From: Eledone cirrhosa
Taxonomy: Eukaryota
Direction of reading: 5' to 3'
NCBI GenBank assembly: GCA_964016885.1
Contig: OZ024741.1
Span: 312,914,001-312,978,000, forward strand
Length of the DNA stretch: 64,000 bases
Both the position numbers and the translations under genes were made by a program. Each line of letters begins with the position of its first letter. Position 1 is the first letter of the stretch. Shown in pieces: positions 24,783-42,077 of the stretch. A model generated the notes under the pieces. It was given only the letters and a program-made list of their open reading frames with translations, was not told where the DNA came from and ran no database searches.

Positions 24783-27716
24783 GTGTGTGTGTAGTAGTAG
24801 TAGTAAGGGGTTCGATGTTGTGATAATGGTTAGCAGCGATGTGTGTCAAATGGCTATTGAGATGATTGTGTGTGTGTGTGTGTGTGTGTAAAGCAGAGTA
24901 ATTCGTGGTGGCAGGGATGGTCAGTAAGAATGTGTCTGAAAGCAATGGGGGGTATTTTAGCATGTCAAAAATATTTTTCAGCTGTTGTCTTATACGGAGA
25001 AGTGCGTGTGTGTGTGTGTGTATATAAGTCTCTGTATGTTGATGTACGCGTGTGTATGTGTGTGTGTATATATGTGTGTGTGGGGGGTGGGGTGGGGGGA
25101 TGACCAGTATTTTTTTCCCCCTGGTAAAATGGTGTACATTATTCGATTTTTTCAGTAAAATCGGTTCTCTTAATAGAACATCAAAAATCTTAACAATAAA
25201 AGGTGTGAAATGATATTCACTATATATATATATACACACATACATATATTCACTATATACATATATATATATATATACATATATACATATATATACACAT
25301 ACATATGCATATATATATATATATATATATTTTTTTTTTTTGTTGCACCATAGAGCATTTGTGTTTACGTATGTCATTGTGTTTATATGTGGGTAGAGAT
25401 GTGTGCTGATGTAGGTATGTATGTTGACGTGTGTATGTTGTGGGTTCGTCTTAGGGAGAAGTGTTTAGACGGGGTCCGTATTTGTTAATGAAGTAAGATT
25501 CCTTGCTGATGCGCTGGGTGTGGGTGGCATTATCTTTAAATTTGTAGAGGGGAAAGATTCTGAAGTTTGGATGATTTTGGGCGGCACAGGTATCAATGTG
25601 TTCACTCGGTGGTATTTTCCTGTATTCCCTTATTTTAATTTGGGATCTATGGACAGTCATGCGTTGGCGGAGGCTGCTTTTGGTCTGGCCTAAGTATTGT
25701 TCTCGACAACCTGAACAAGTTAATACATATATTAGCTTTTCCGATGCACATGTGAAATTGTGTTTTACTATAAAACGTTGTCCATCTTTGAAATAGAATT
25801 CCGAACCCTCTATTAGGTTGATGCAAATGCCACAGTTGGGTCTATCGCATTTGTTTACTGTGGGTTTCGTTGTTGTGTTTGGCAGTACTTTGGCATGTGT
25901 TAAGATGTTTTTCATTGACTTGGATTGTCTTTTGCTCTTTATGATATCGTGTGTTCGTAGAATTTGGTTCATTCTATGGTCCTTTTTCAATACAGGGATG
26001 TTCTGGAGGATGGTGTCAAAGGCCTCATTGTTGAGGGGGTTGTGTGTGGAGATGTATGGAAGAGCTTTTAGTTTTGGTTGATTTTCTTTAGGGTGTCTAA
26101 GGTCCTGGGTACTGAGTTTTAGGGCACGTTGGATTCCATTGTCAATTGGTGATGCAGGGTAGTCCCTGCCTATGAGTGTGTCCTTTAGTTCTTGTAGCCG
26201 TAAGTAGCAGGTGTTTTTATTGGAGACTATAGTACAGATTCTCTTGGCTAAGTTGTAGGGAATATTAATTTTAACGTGTCTAGAGTGGCAAGAGTTGAAG
26301 GGGAGGTATTGCTTGGAGTCTGTGGGCTTGTAGTATATGTCTGTTTCTATTTTTTTGTTATGGATCTTAATGAGGATGTCGAGGAAGGGGAGTTGTTGAT
26401 GGCTGTATTCCATCGTGAAGTTAATATTTGTGTTGAGCCCATTTATAAGGGTGTGAAATTCTTTAAGTTTTTCGATGTTTTCGTGCCAAAGGATGAAGCA
26501 GTCATCTAGATATGATATCGCTTCCAGTTCCTTTCAATGTGTAAGTGGAGGGTGTTTCCAAATTTGTTTAGGACTTTAGTGTAGAGGGTGATTTCCAGGT
26601 ATCCCATGACTAGGTTGGCATAAGTGTGGGCTGTTTTCGTTCCCATAGCGGTCCCAGATTTCTGCCTGTGGGGTTTGTTATTGAAAACGAAGTAATTGTT
26701 CTCCAAGATAAATTTGAGTCCCTCTATCACGAATTCTTTTTTGATGCGTTGTGGGAGTTCATTGTGGAAATTATCCAGCCAGAATTGGATAGCTTCTATT
26801 CCTAGGTTGTGGGGGATGTTGGAGTATAGGTTGACTACATCGAACGTCACTAGTAGGGTTTGTTCAGGAAGTGGCATATTAGGGAGGTGATTGAGCATAT
26901 CTAGGTCGTCCCTTATATAGCTTTTGATGTGCTTGAGGAAGGGTTTGAGAAGGGTATCAATGAAGTTGCTAAGACGGTGCGTTTCGCAAGCGGGGCCTGC
27001 TATTATAGGTCTTAATTTGAGATCATTGGGTGAGGGGACATTGATAACTATGTCTGTGGCTTCCTTGCATGCCTTACTTATTGATTCGCTTTTATGTACT
27101 TTAGGGATACCGTAGAAAAGGCTGGATTTACTTGTGATGTCTGTGATGAAGCTGAATTCCTTGTTAGTAAGTCCTTCTTTGTATTGGTTGATTAGAGTTT
27201 TTAGGTTTCTCATAATTTTCTGTTGATTGTAGTGTTCAGCCTTTTCGTAGTTTGTTTCGTTTTCCAAAGTGGAGAGCGCTAAGTTGATATAGAATTCTGT
27301 CTCCATTAGGAGACCAATCAAAATTGTTTTGACCACAATAATTGTTGCTGGAGCCACTTTTTTAACATAAAAACAGTCTTGGCGCAAAATCAATTTTTTA
27401 CACTCACATGACCTCTACCGACCAATCAAAATTGTTTTGACCACAAGAAATTTTGCAACACCAAAGTAACGCTGGAGCCACTTTTTTAACATAAAAACAG
27501 GTAGAATTCCCAAAACTAATCAGATCAGAGCAAACAGCACGGACACTCTATCTCAAAATTATTTTTGAAAAGCATTTAGAAATGCGCAACCGGTAAAAAC
27601 TTAAAAACTTAAAACCACAACTGAATACTAACCCATACAATCACTAATACTCTTTTATTCCTAATTAAACCATTTTTCAACTGTGAACAATTTGTCAGCA
27701 TTTTCTATTCCGTTTA

Positions 27717-27720
<4 letters not shown>
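24305..27720 (-). mobile_element. Penelope-like element (Neptune-type Cx4CxxC linker), 5'-truncated, with an inverted copy of its 3' end
   Basis: FYGIPKVHK, LRPII, FDVVNLYSNI, GTAMGT, WKRYLDD disrupted by a 5-bp ATATC duplication near 26510, LPFLDILI, KCDRPNCGIC, IYVLTCSGC..QYLGQT...RMTVH. 24330-24627 is the reverse complement of 27420-27720. Confidence 0.93.
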
Positions 27721-27783
<63 letters not shown>

Positions 27784-28304
27784 GTGTATGTGTGTATGTA
27801 TGTGCGTATGTATGTGTATATGTAAGCGTGTATGTATGTGTGTGAGTACATGTATATATGTGTGGGTAGGTGTATGTATATATTTATTAATTTTCCCCAT
27901 AACCTTATCTTCCACTTCAATGTGTATAATTTCCCGTTATTTTATTTTATTTCTTATCTTTATTTCATTATATATTAGCTTCACTTTCAATTGTATTAGC
28001 CTTTGTTTTTAAATTCATATCTTACGTCCGTATTAAATTTTCATTCTGATGGGCGATTTCAAATGTCTCTGTTGGGCTCTCTGTCTTCGTTAAACATTTG
28101 GTAAATGGAACAATTTTCTCATGTTGTTTATTACCTAATTATATATATATATTTTTATTAGTCCAGGTTTCAATCGGTGGTAATCAGTATAAGTATGGAA
28201 CAAAATAAATTTGTAGGGTGTAAATATGCCGTTTAATATAAACATGGCTTCTGCATACAATAACTAGTTCATTAAAGTAAATAAGTAACAAGTTTATGAT
28301 ATAC

Positions 28305-28439
28305 CTTCTTGGCAATCGTCACCAATATAACCTTCAATACATCCATCTGAACAGCTTCCAGTTCGCTTGTCACAGTTAATGTTGTTGATACAATGGCATG
28401 TCCCATTACAACCAACACCAAACGTTCCTACTCGGCAGT
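28305..28439 (-). CDS. Host gene internal exon encoding one EGF/laminin-EGF-like module
   Basis: TTCAG acceptor and AAG|GTATAT donor, 135 bp, phase 1-1, open: DCRVGTFGVGCNGTCHCINNINCDKRTGSCSDGCIEGYIGDDCQE. Not in the ORF track. Confidence 0.9.
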
Positions 28440-28750
28440 CTGAATATACGAATATATGATAATGTTGAAGATATCATTAATTAAATACAGATAACAATGA
28501 TACAATTTTATACCAAATCTTAAGATTAATGTGGTCTTGTGATAAACATATGAACTTGTATACTTATTGAATATTATATCGATCTTCTATGATATACACA
28601 TGGAGTTTTAGTTCAGTTAAATGCAATGTTAAAAATATTATGAAAGAAACAAACTATATTATAAGAAAAATAAAATATATAATACTTCAAAATCTTACCA
28701 TATTATATCACTTACTACGATATCTACTTGCGACATCCTTACATTTATAT

Positions 28751-28822
<72 letters not shown>

Positions 28823-29612
28823 TTATATGTATACTGAAAATATATATATACATACATATATATGTATATATATATACATATGTATGTATACGGGATAACA
28901 GCTTATCGTATGGCAGTCCACTTACATGTAGTCCAGTTGGAGTAGTCCTTGTATGCCTGTCTGTTTCGTTCCTTGTATCTCTACCACTTCTAGCAGTCTC
29001 CTCTCTGTTACCCTCTCCTCAACTTTCACTCACTCATTCTCTGTCACTACCTCTCCTCCTCCTCTTTCCTCCTCCTCCTTCAAGTTTGACCTGTGTGTAA
29101 TTCTTTTCTCGCGCAGTCTTGACCGAGCTGGTAATGAATTTTTTTTCTCTCTCTCTCTTTCGTCTGCGACTTCACAAAACTTGCGTTTACCGAATTCGTA
29201 GACCAGTTTTCTTTCTCTCTCTCTCTCTTTCCCCCCCCCCGTCGAACTTGGGCGAAATTCTTTCCTTGCTCACATTTCATTTCTACTAGGTTCGATGGTC
29301 TTTCGTCTCTTGTTCACGATTTCACAGAGTTTATATTCATAGAGATCTGGGACTTGTCTATTTCTACTCACTTTCCGTTGCTATAACCCTTTTGTTGTTA
29401 CTCTAACGTCCCCCTTTATTTACGTGTCCCAACGACTTTTTTTAGCCGTTGTTCGCACCAACCTGAGGCATATGGCCCTTAAAGCGATGAAATGCCGAGG
29501 ACGGTTGGAGGGTCACTGATGAGGACTCACTTTTTCATATGTATATATATATATATATATAGAATAAGGAAGAGCGAAGTAGTTTCAGATGTTCAAGACC
29601 TTTAATGATAAT

Positions 29613-29686
29613 GCTGTGATATATATTTCAATGACGACACTGGCCACACTGTTCTGTGTGCGAGTGTCGTGTCATCATCAGACAGC
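29613..29686 (-). ncRNA. Type I hammerhead ribozyme motif, canonical core
   Basis: GCTGT-CTGATGA-[stem II ACGACACT..CACAC/GTGTG..AGTGTCGT]-GAAA-TATATA-TC^-ACAGC: perfect 5-bp stem I, palindromic stem III, AUC cleavage triplet. Confidence 0.85.
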
Positions 29687-30477
29687 TTGTTACATAATAA
29701 GATTGTTTCCGAGGCAATCCAAATTGAATCGACATGGGAACGGATGAAGTTCGTGCTTTTGGGTTTTTCATCCGTTCCCTTGTGAGTACCAATTCACCAC
29801 CACCGGTCTGCGCAAGCGCATGTCCGAAGGAAGTTGACCATTAGCACCGCAGATTTCAACGAAATTCGCTGTCAGTGGCCCACCTATGCCCTGCCAAAAT
29901 TTACTGCTACCCATCACTACTGTGGCAGTCAGCCGAAAGCCAGAGGGGATGGGAGGGTGTTAGTTTGTATAGGTCATAATACTACCTTTCACTAAGCGTT
30001 GACAGTAAGACAGACCATCAACTCATAAGGGAAAATAAACTTAATTCTAGGTACTATGGTTTTACATTGTAAGTTAAGAGTGAGAGTTGGAAATAAAAAT
30101 TAAAATTAAGAGTTAAAATCCTAAATCAAATATCAGAGATTATAAATTAAACAATTAAACATTAAAACATTCTGAATTCAAAAACTTTTTTCAAGTGATA
30201 ATTCGGATTGAGTAAAAATATAGATTGAAGTGAGTAAATAATATGGAGAGAGATGTTTAAGTAATAAGTTCTGGGAGGGATTCTAGTTTTACAGTTACTC
30301 TATCCACATATTGAACGACAGTGCCGTACATTATAACGGAGGGCAAACCACATGGTTCAAGGCATTAGTCAATCTGTTACACGGTCATAATTTCCATCAC
30401 ATGGAACAGAATCAAAGAAAAACAGACATAAAGTACACAAAAGAAAAGAAAAGAGCAGAACCAATAGTGAATAAATG

Positions 30478-30642
<165 letters not shown>

Positions 30643-30719
30643 CGAGAGAGAGAAAATTATAATGTTGTCTCTAACATGGCTTTATAAATACATATATATA
30701 TATATATATAAAGGAAAGA

Positions 30720-32880
30720 GAGATGTCGCATCTGACTTCCCACAAGCCCCTTGAGAACATTCTGCCCTTCACTACAGGGGCAGGAATAAATCGTTCATTC
30801 CTACCAACACCAAAAATATCAGCAACAATAACTACCACCAAAGCCCAGACAATATCACGAAGAAAAGCAACAGCAACATCAGCACCACCAAGACCACCAA
30901 CACCGACAGAACCAATACCACTAGCAAGAAGAGGTCGAGGAATGGCAAACAATATGTCCTAAAATGATAAAGAACCATTCCCCATGTTTTGCCTTTAAAA
31001 TAAGAAGGCAGCGAAAGAAAACAAAATCTTAAATGTTGAAAGACAAAAAGACGCTTATACCAACAATCCCACCACCACTACAAGCGCCTACGTTCCCAAC
31101 TCCCAAACCATCAACAATACAGCTGTCACCACACACATTAACAACATCCCAAAGATAACATGAACCTGCTTTAACAAAATTATAAAAATATCAACTGCTA
31201 CACAACAATAAACCATAACAGCACAATACTAATGAACTACTTGCAGCAGAACACCACAATTACATAAAAATATTTCATGACACCCCCAAAAATAACACTG
31301 ATTACAAACATACAAATCTTACAAATCACACAAAACACATAAACACATCTAAAAATAACATTCCCCGATTCTATTGGAGATAACCGAGGGCGTTCTTTAA
31401 AAAATCTAAACAGAGATTTCGATGATGGATCGTTGCTATGCGCAACGACATCTGCTGTCATTAGACTGAACAGTAACCTCTCGGAACCGTTCACAATCAT
31501 GCATCCGTTCCAACAAGATTGTCCCCTACTGTCTCTGTTGTGTGTATTGGCTCTCAAGCCAGTTCTGCACAAATTGGAGTCGTAGATGGGCATCCCACGC
31601 GAACTAGGACATGGGATATCTGTGTTACCTTATGTCGACGGGGTCACCGTAGCATCAAATACATTAACGTATGCAGCAATGCTCTGAGGGAAGAGAGATT
31701 GCTTACAGGAGCACAAATCAACTATGAAAAGTTGGTAAGTCTGCAACGCCACACCTAGATAGGTAAGTACATGGAGTAGACAGGACCAGGAAGACTTGAG
31801 ATGAGGTAATAGAGCTGACTTTACTCAATTACATCTCACTAAGGCGATGACACAGGACCGTGACCTCTGGTACTATGATGTATTACAAAAGACCCAACTT
31901 CTATTATTCTCAGACTCAGGCATATACCTAGTAGGCAACACCATTCACAACCATCTCCCCTATACCTACGTTTCCCTAAGCATCTTCCCAACTTTTCAAC
32001 TTTCTCTATAAAGGGATCCCCCGGAAGCGACAACAAAAGTGACCAGCCCATACTATAGTAGTCATGAAAGTGTCATGACAAAAGCGAGCGCTCAGTCCAC
32101 ATTGTAAAGTGATTGTGTATCGACACGGCAAAAAGCACTCCGTCCATGCTATAATGTGCTTGTGTATATGACACAGCAAAATGGACCCACTACACTCTGT
32201 AATTGTTGTTGCCGTTAGGATGGGCTTCCATCCATAGGAACCAAGCCTAAATGAGCTCTGTGTGAGGGAATCACGGACCCAACCTGATCACTCTACTACC
32301 CATGCTAGCGTGGAAGATGAAAGTTACACGATGATGATGTTGATAATGATGATGATGCACTGAGGTTACGACATGTTCATATTTTCCTTTACGATGAACA
32401 GGTTTGGTCGCCGTTCACTAGACACCTGTTCCCCAAGCACGTCTGCTTAATGGTGTTGCATTCATGGGTCAAAGGAAAACCGACAGTGGATGCTTGGAAA
32501 CAGGTGTGTCTAGAAATTGGGCAGTACGATCAGTGAAATCTCCACCTTGGCGTTATACAGAGGATTAAGGACGCATAAACGTTAAAACAATCTTGGGCAA
32601 ACTATTGGCTTTAAAGAAAATAATCTAACCTCTATTGTCGGGATGATATTTTGTCGAGGCCCCATGCATAATTTGCGGAAATCATTGGCCTTGCAGAGCT
32701 ACCAGGGACATTTGCCAGTTTGTAGACCTGGAGGTACCGTCAGCTATGCATGTACGAGATGCGCACAGGTCGAAGTAACAATCATTCACGCCTCCTCCTG
32801 TGTCCGAGTATTGATGTAATGCAATTTTAAATCGAACCCATGCTGTTGGACGAACCCGGCTATCAGTTGTAACCTAATAA
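30720..32880 (+). mobile_element. Highly degenerate, internally deleted Tx1-like LINE
   Basis: ORF1-tail similarity at 31200-31400 (..LKITFPDSIGD..), RT remnant LSEPFTIMHPFQQDCPLLSLLCVLALKPVLHKLE (31480-31580), and EQVWSPFTRHLFP / RKSLALQSYQGHLPV (32395-32720). Confidence 0.75.
32080..32357 (+). mobile_element. Degenerate SINE with Meta-domain-like core and (GAT)n tail
   Basis: GCCGTTAGGATGGGCTTCCATCCATAG resembles the Meta-SINE motif GGCGTTAGGAAGGGCATCCAGCCGTA; ends in GATGATGATG. Confidence 0.5.
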
Positions 32881-32993
32881 GTAGAAGGGAGGTAGGTTTA
32901 AAAGCCAACCTCACTATGTTCAATTTGTTTTTTTGTACTAGCCTTTACACATGGCCATGAATCTTGTGTAAGAACGCAAATAATACAAGCGGA

Positions 32994-36420
<3,427 letters not shown>

Positions 36421-37331
36421 GGCTATAAATATTTGTGTACGTGCTTGTATTGACATACCCATCGCGGGTGTTTTTGCGTATGCTTGTGTATGTACGTATA
36501 TGGTTACGTGCATGTATATATTTAATTTCAGTTACCTCTGTAATTTATCTATATATTAATTTCAACAACGTCAGTATCCCGTGTGTCATAATTCTCGATT
36601 ATCATCGGTTCATAAATTTCAAACGACCCCGCCCACCTCAACGACGCCCAGCTTAAATTAATACGCATAATGCTAATGAGGGAGTGAGAGGGTAGAGTAA
36701 GAAACAGAGAGGCAAAGTGAACGCTGTAACTATTACCATGTATGCGTGTTTATGCACGTGCGCGTATGTTTATGTGTGTGCGTGCGTCCAGCGTTCCACA
36801 GAAAGTAAACACAATCAACATATGTGAGTGTGTAAGTGTATGTAAGTGTGTGTAAATGCACGGGTGCGTGTGTAAGTTTGCGTGCGTGTGCGCGTTTCCT
36901 TGCGAGTATGTGTGTGTACGTGGGGCGTTCCACAATCGCCAGGCAGTTTATCTCTCTCTGTGTTTGTCTGTCAGTCTAACATACACAGAGTTGTGAAGGG
37001 AGTAAATAGGGACCTTTTTTTACATTGACGGACATCTTTTATATTTATTATTGTGTCATTTGTTTGACAATTGCTCGAAATGAATACTGATAATAAAAGC
37101 AATTCGACTTTATCAAACAGTGAACTACAGCGGCAAAGGTGTGCAGCCAGGAATGAAGAAAAACGGGCCGAACAGCGCCATCGGAACGCCGAACGTCAGA
37201 GGCGAAGACGTGCCGCCATGAATGAAGAGTAGCTGGCTAAACAACGCTAACGAAACACTGGAGCCAAGCAGACAAGACATGCTGCGATGGTTAAAGACAA
37301 ACTGGCTGAGCCTCATCTTTTATATTAATTA

Positions 37332-37696
37332 TCTATATCTATATCTATATCTACATATAATATAAAAGTTTGGAACTTCCATCATCCTTTTGAGAAACGT
37401 GGAACAACCACGTCTATGCAAAGATACGCGTTTTATAGTAAGGCAGAAGATGAACCATCTCCTAGACGTCACTATTCTAGGTGGGAGCACCTAGAATTGT
37501 TCATATACTATGCACAAACGGTACAACGAAGAATCTGCTATATCTGGAATATTTTTTAAAACGTTTTCTGTATCACACAGACACCACGGACTCGCCTCAT
37601 ACTGTAACCAGACAAGTATCCAATGCAGTCATTTTCTCTTTTACCTGTCTTCTCTTATCATCTGTATACCCGGGCGAAGCTGGGTACGTCAGCTAG
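37332..37696 (+). mobile_element. Non-autonomous Helitron
   Basis: Starts A|TCTATATC, ends with the hairpin TACCCGGGCGAAGCTGGGTA followed by CTAG|T. Confidence 0.78.
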
Positions 37697-38167
37697 TTTA
37701 CTTTATTCTTAACTCTGAAGCCGGGAATCATTCGGTTTCCTAATAGAATTTTAGTCTACGACTTCAGTTATACCATATATGTAGTTTTGTATTTGCGTGT
37801 AATTGTTCTCACCGCTCCACATAATGACGTATTATCTTCGTTTTTCCGTTCATTTCCACCGAACGTCTCCACAGAACGTCTCCACAAACCACGTAGTAGA
37901 ATATCAGTCTACGACTTCATTTATGCCATATACGTGGTTTTGTCTTTGCGTGTAATTATCTTTGTCTTTATCCGTTCTTTGCTAGGGAACGTTTCCACGA
38001 ACCAAAGTATCGTCTTCCTGTCTTCCTTCGGTTGCAACGTTTTTTGAAATATTTACTTCCGCGTTCACAGATTGATTTTTTTAGTTTCAGAAGATCCCGG
38101 TAAGGGTGAAAGCAGCGATTATTTGCTTAAACTTTAATCTGTTATTTTAATAAATATATATATATAT

Positions 38168-38460
38168 ATTGTTATGCTTTGGGAGGGTCATGTTACCAAT
38201 AAGAAACACACGCACCAGTTGCTTTCACTTCAATTTATTATAAATTAAATTCATAAATTTAGGAATTTATAAATTTTCGGTCGGTTGGTTGGTTCCACAA
38301 CCAGACGATTGTTCATATATTGCCAAAGTTCTTTCGTCACACATTCTGTGACCTCTTCAGTGACCGGAAATTTATAAATTTAATTTATACGAAATTGAAG
38401 TGAAAGCATCGGTGCCTGTGTTTGTTATTGGCAATATGACCCTCCCAAAGTATAACAATA
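38168..38460. mobile_element. Miniature element with ~100-bp imperfect terminal inverted repeats and a central hammerhead (PLE-derived by inference)
   Basis: TTGTTATGCTTTGGGAGGGTCAT...GCTTTCACTTCAATTT mirrors AAATTGAAGTGAAAGC...ATGACCCTCCCAAAGTATAACAA; adjacent to (TA)n. Confidence 0.8.
38322..38364 (-). ncRNA. Minimal type I hammerhead ribozyme motif
   Basis: GTCA-CTGAAGA-G-GTCACA GAATG TGTGAC-GAAA-GAAC-TT^-TGGC. Confidence 0.7.
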
Positions 38461-39264
38461 TCGGTTTCAACCCACGTTTTCAGATAAAGTATCTTGCTAA
38501 ACAAATTCAGAAACGAAATATATATATATATACATATATAAATGTTTGTATATGTATAATAAAGCCAAAACAATGCAGGTATGGAGATAGAATAAAACAT
38601 GCAAATGCAAAAGATATTGTTGACAATTAGTCTTTTACCTTAGATTTATTTAAATGTCCTTAATTTTCAAGATAATATCTCTTCTTCGGAGAGAAGTAAA
38701 GCGGTTAAACCAGTGTTCTAAATAGCTTGCCAAGTCATGCTGACATGATGACTTGGCAAACTATAGTAGTATATGTACAATATTATATTTACATTATTTT
38801 TTGTGCGCGTATGTCTTTTATGGGTAGAGTGCCGAATTATTTTCGAAATATCTGAAAGTGATTTTAAATTACAAATAATACATTTTTTAAAATGTTTTTT
38901 AAAGATGTTTTTGAAATTCATTTATGTAAAGGGTACATTTTATATTTCGCTCTTTAAGGGCTTTTTTTTAATTATAAGATGTTCTGTTATGTGTTTTTAG
39001 TACTTACGTATAGATTATTAAGTGTTGTTTGAAATCTGTGTTAAAACGTTATTTGAACATTTTTTTAAATGATTTCTGGCCAATTTGTCCAGTATGTATT
39101 GTATATGTTCTGAACTGTGACCCCTAGCCTTACTTCCTTCCACCAAATATTTGTCTTTTACTCTATGTCGATCCCTTTTATCTATCTCTTTAGCATTCTC
39201 TAGTTATGTATTAATTTAGTTTTATTTTTTCTCATTATTATTCTGAATGGACCAGTAAAAAGGG

Positions 39265-41260
39265 GTATATATAAGATATCTGCGTGAGTGTTCCAGCATC
39301 TCTATGCACACATATAGGCACATGAACAGATAAAATAGACTCTGTAATCTTTCCATATGCATATTAATACATAGGGCCTTTGTATAGAGATAACCAGATA
39401 TCAATATATCAGCACAGAAATATCAAAACGTTAAACTATTTTCAACACACCCTAGGGTATCTCAGGCCACAAAACAGTAAGCTTCATATATTTACAACAG
39501 AAATCTAGTCTTCCGATTTTTCGGACAATATATTGCAAAGTTCTTTAGAAGCAATCAGAATCAAAAAGCAATTAAAAAACCAAAAATTATTTAACAAACA
39601 TTATTTAAAGGATTTAGAAGACCCTGTGGTTCTACGGATGCTCTTATATTTAGTATAGACATTTATCTTGCGTAAAATTTATTTAATACATTGGGAGCAT
39701 CTACATTTTAGAGTAGTTTAATTACATCATTTGTTTATATTTATGAAGAAGGTTTAAAAGAAAAAGTTGAAGGAATCGAGAGATTTATCGTCAGGTTTCA
39801 TACATTAATTAAATTTCTTAATTAATTATACTACATTTTAAATTTCTATTTATATTTAAACGTTGAGTTCAATCTATGTCTGCAGCAACTGAATAAATTG
39901 CTCCTTAGATTAAGGGAATTTTTGGATTTTAATATAATAACAATTTTAATTACGGTAACAACATTAACAACTATAATAGAAAACATTACAATAATTCCAA
40001 AAGCCGGAAAAGAAATAGAACTAGAAATATAATATGGTTTGCCCCCCCCCCCCCTTTCTCACTAAATATTAAAACCCACATTGCTAAACTATTCTTTAAT
40101 GCTCTTGACAAACGCTTCCCTAGAACACATAAATATCACTCAATTTTTAATAGACATACTATAAAATTAACTTACTCGTCCACCAAAAATTTAGCACAAA
40201 ATATTAACGGAATTAATAATAGGAATTTAAAACCTAACCAAAATACCAATAATAACCCAAACAATATTCAATTAAATAACTGTAACTGTAGAAATAAATC
40301 TAAATGTCCGTTAAATAACAATTGCTTAGTTAAAAATATAATATACAATTGTAATGTTAAAACTAACTTAAATTATTTCAACTATGTTGGTTCCACCTCG
40401 ACAGAATTTAAACTTCGCTTCAATAATCATAAGAATTCTTTCACAGATCCAAACAAAAAATCTTCAACTTCGCTATCAAGCTTACTCTGGCAACTTAAAC
40501 GTGATAATGTTGGGTATTCGATGTTTTGGAATATTGTCTCAAGAGGGATTCCTTTTAATTCCTCATCTGAGACATGTGATCTCTGTGTGAAGGAGATATT
40601 CTTTATATTAAAATCCAAAAATTCCCTTAATCTAAGGAGCAATTTATTCAGTTGCTGCAGACATAGATTGAACTCAACGTTTAAATATAAATATAAATTT
40701 AAAATGTAGTATAATTAATTAAGAAATTTAATTAATGTATGAAACCTGTTTGATAAATCTTTCGATTCCTTCAACTTTTTCTTTTAAACCTTCTTCATAA
40801 ATATAAACAAATGATGTAATTAAACTACTCTAAAATGTAGATGCTCCCAATGTATTAAATAAATTTTACGCAAGATAAATTGCTATACTAAATATAAGAG
40901 CATCCGTAGAAACACAGGGTCTTCTAAATCCTTTAAATAATTTTTGGTATTTTATTTGCTTTTTGATTCTGATTGCTTCTAAAGAACTTTTTAATATATT
41001 GTCTGAAAAATTGGAAGGATAGATTTCTGTGGTAAATATATGAAGCTTACTGTTTTGTGGCCTGAGATACCCTACGGTGTGTTGAAAATATTTTAACGTT
41101 TTGATATTTCTGTGCTGATATATTGATATCTGGTTATCTCTATACAAAGGCCATATGTATTAATATGCATATGGACAGATTACAGAGTCTATTTTATCTG
41201 TTCATGTGCCTATATGTGTGCATAGAGATGCTGGAACACTCACGCAGATATCTTATATAT
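39265..41260 (+). mobile_element. Penelope-like element 3' part (Nematis-type GIY-YIG) with a ~670-bp inverted copy of its 3' end
   Basis: 40025-40700 encodes IIWFAPP, FFNALDKRFP..HKYHSIFNRHTIKLTYS, CNCRNKSKCPLNNNCL, YVGST, CDLCVKEIFFI. 39265-39935 is the reverse complement of 40600-41260. Confidence 0.9.
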
Positions 41261-41262
41261 AC

Positions 41263-41359
<97 letters not shown>

Positions 41360-42038
41360 GGTATAGTTCTGTATATGTTACAGATATGCATAATATTATA
41401 TACATGAACGATAATCATATGTGTGAGGGCATGAATATTAATCGTTTATTTTTTATGTATATATATATATAGTGAAATTTTTTACAACACAACGAAATTT
41501 TTTATGACACAAGAAATTATAAAGTTGATCACGTACAGTCATGTGTATGTCTATATTATCGACTAGAGCTTGACATAACTTTCTCTTTTTCTTTTTTCGG
41601 AAAGTGCATATACGTATATATATATATATATACATATATATCTCCGTATTTTTATAAATAGGGTAATTTTTTGAAGATTTATCTCAGATTTTGGTACATT
41701 GACCTCAGAGTTTTAAACTAAACATATGGTCATTATTGAGCAAAATTATTTTCACAAATTTTATATCTATGTCTCATTCATGAATATTGATATTTACATT
41801 ATATTACCAGTTCATATGAATTGATAATTCAAATTGATAGGACATGACGTAAAGATGTCACTGTATCATCCCTCTCTCTAGATATAGCTCTTTCTTCTCC
41901 TCTCTCTTTATATATGATGAAGTTTATGTATCTGTCGCTTTGATTTTGCCTCTCATGTTTCTCTCTTATTTCTCTCTTGGTTTTCACCCCCCCCCTATAT
42001 AATTATTATAATTTTTTCTCCCTCTTTCTTTTCCTCTC

Positions 42039-42077
<39 letters not shown>

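Noticed and set aside
29461-29530. CTGATGAG and GAAA motifs at the end of the 28890-29540 repeat
   Set aside because: I could not build stems I-III in either order; not called as a ribozyme.
38639-38717. AG...GT-bounded minus-strand segment that could be a host exon
   Set aside because: Stops in all three frames and no similarity to the EGF exons.
40820-40930. Possible hammerhead in the PLE 3' end (stem GATGCTC/GAGCATC, GAAAC...GTC; CTGACGA in the inverted copy near 39790)
   Set aside because: No intact CUGANGA next to stem II and no stem I pairing; at best a decayed remnant.
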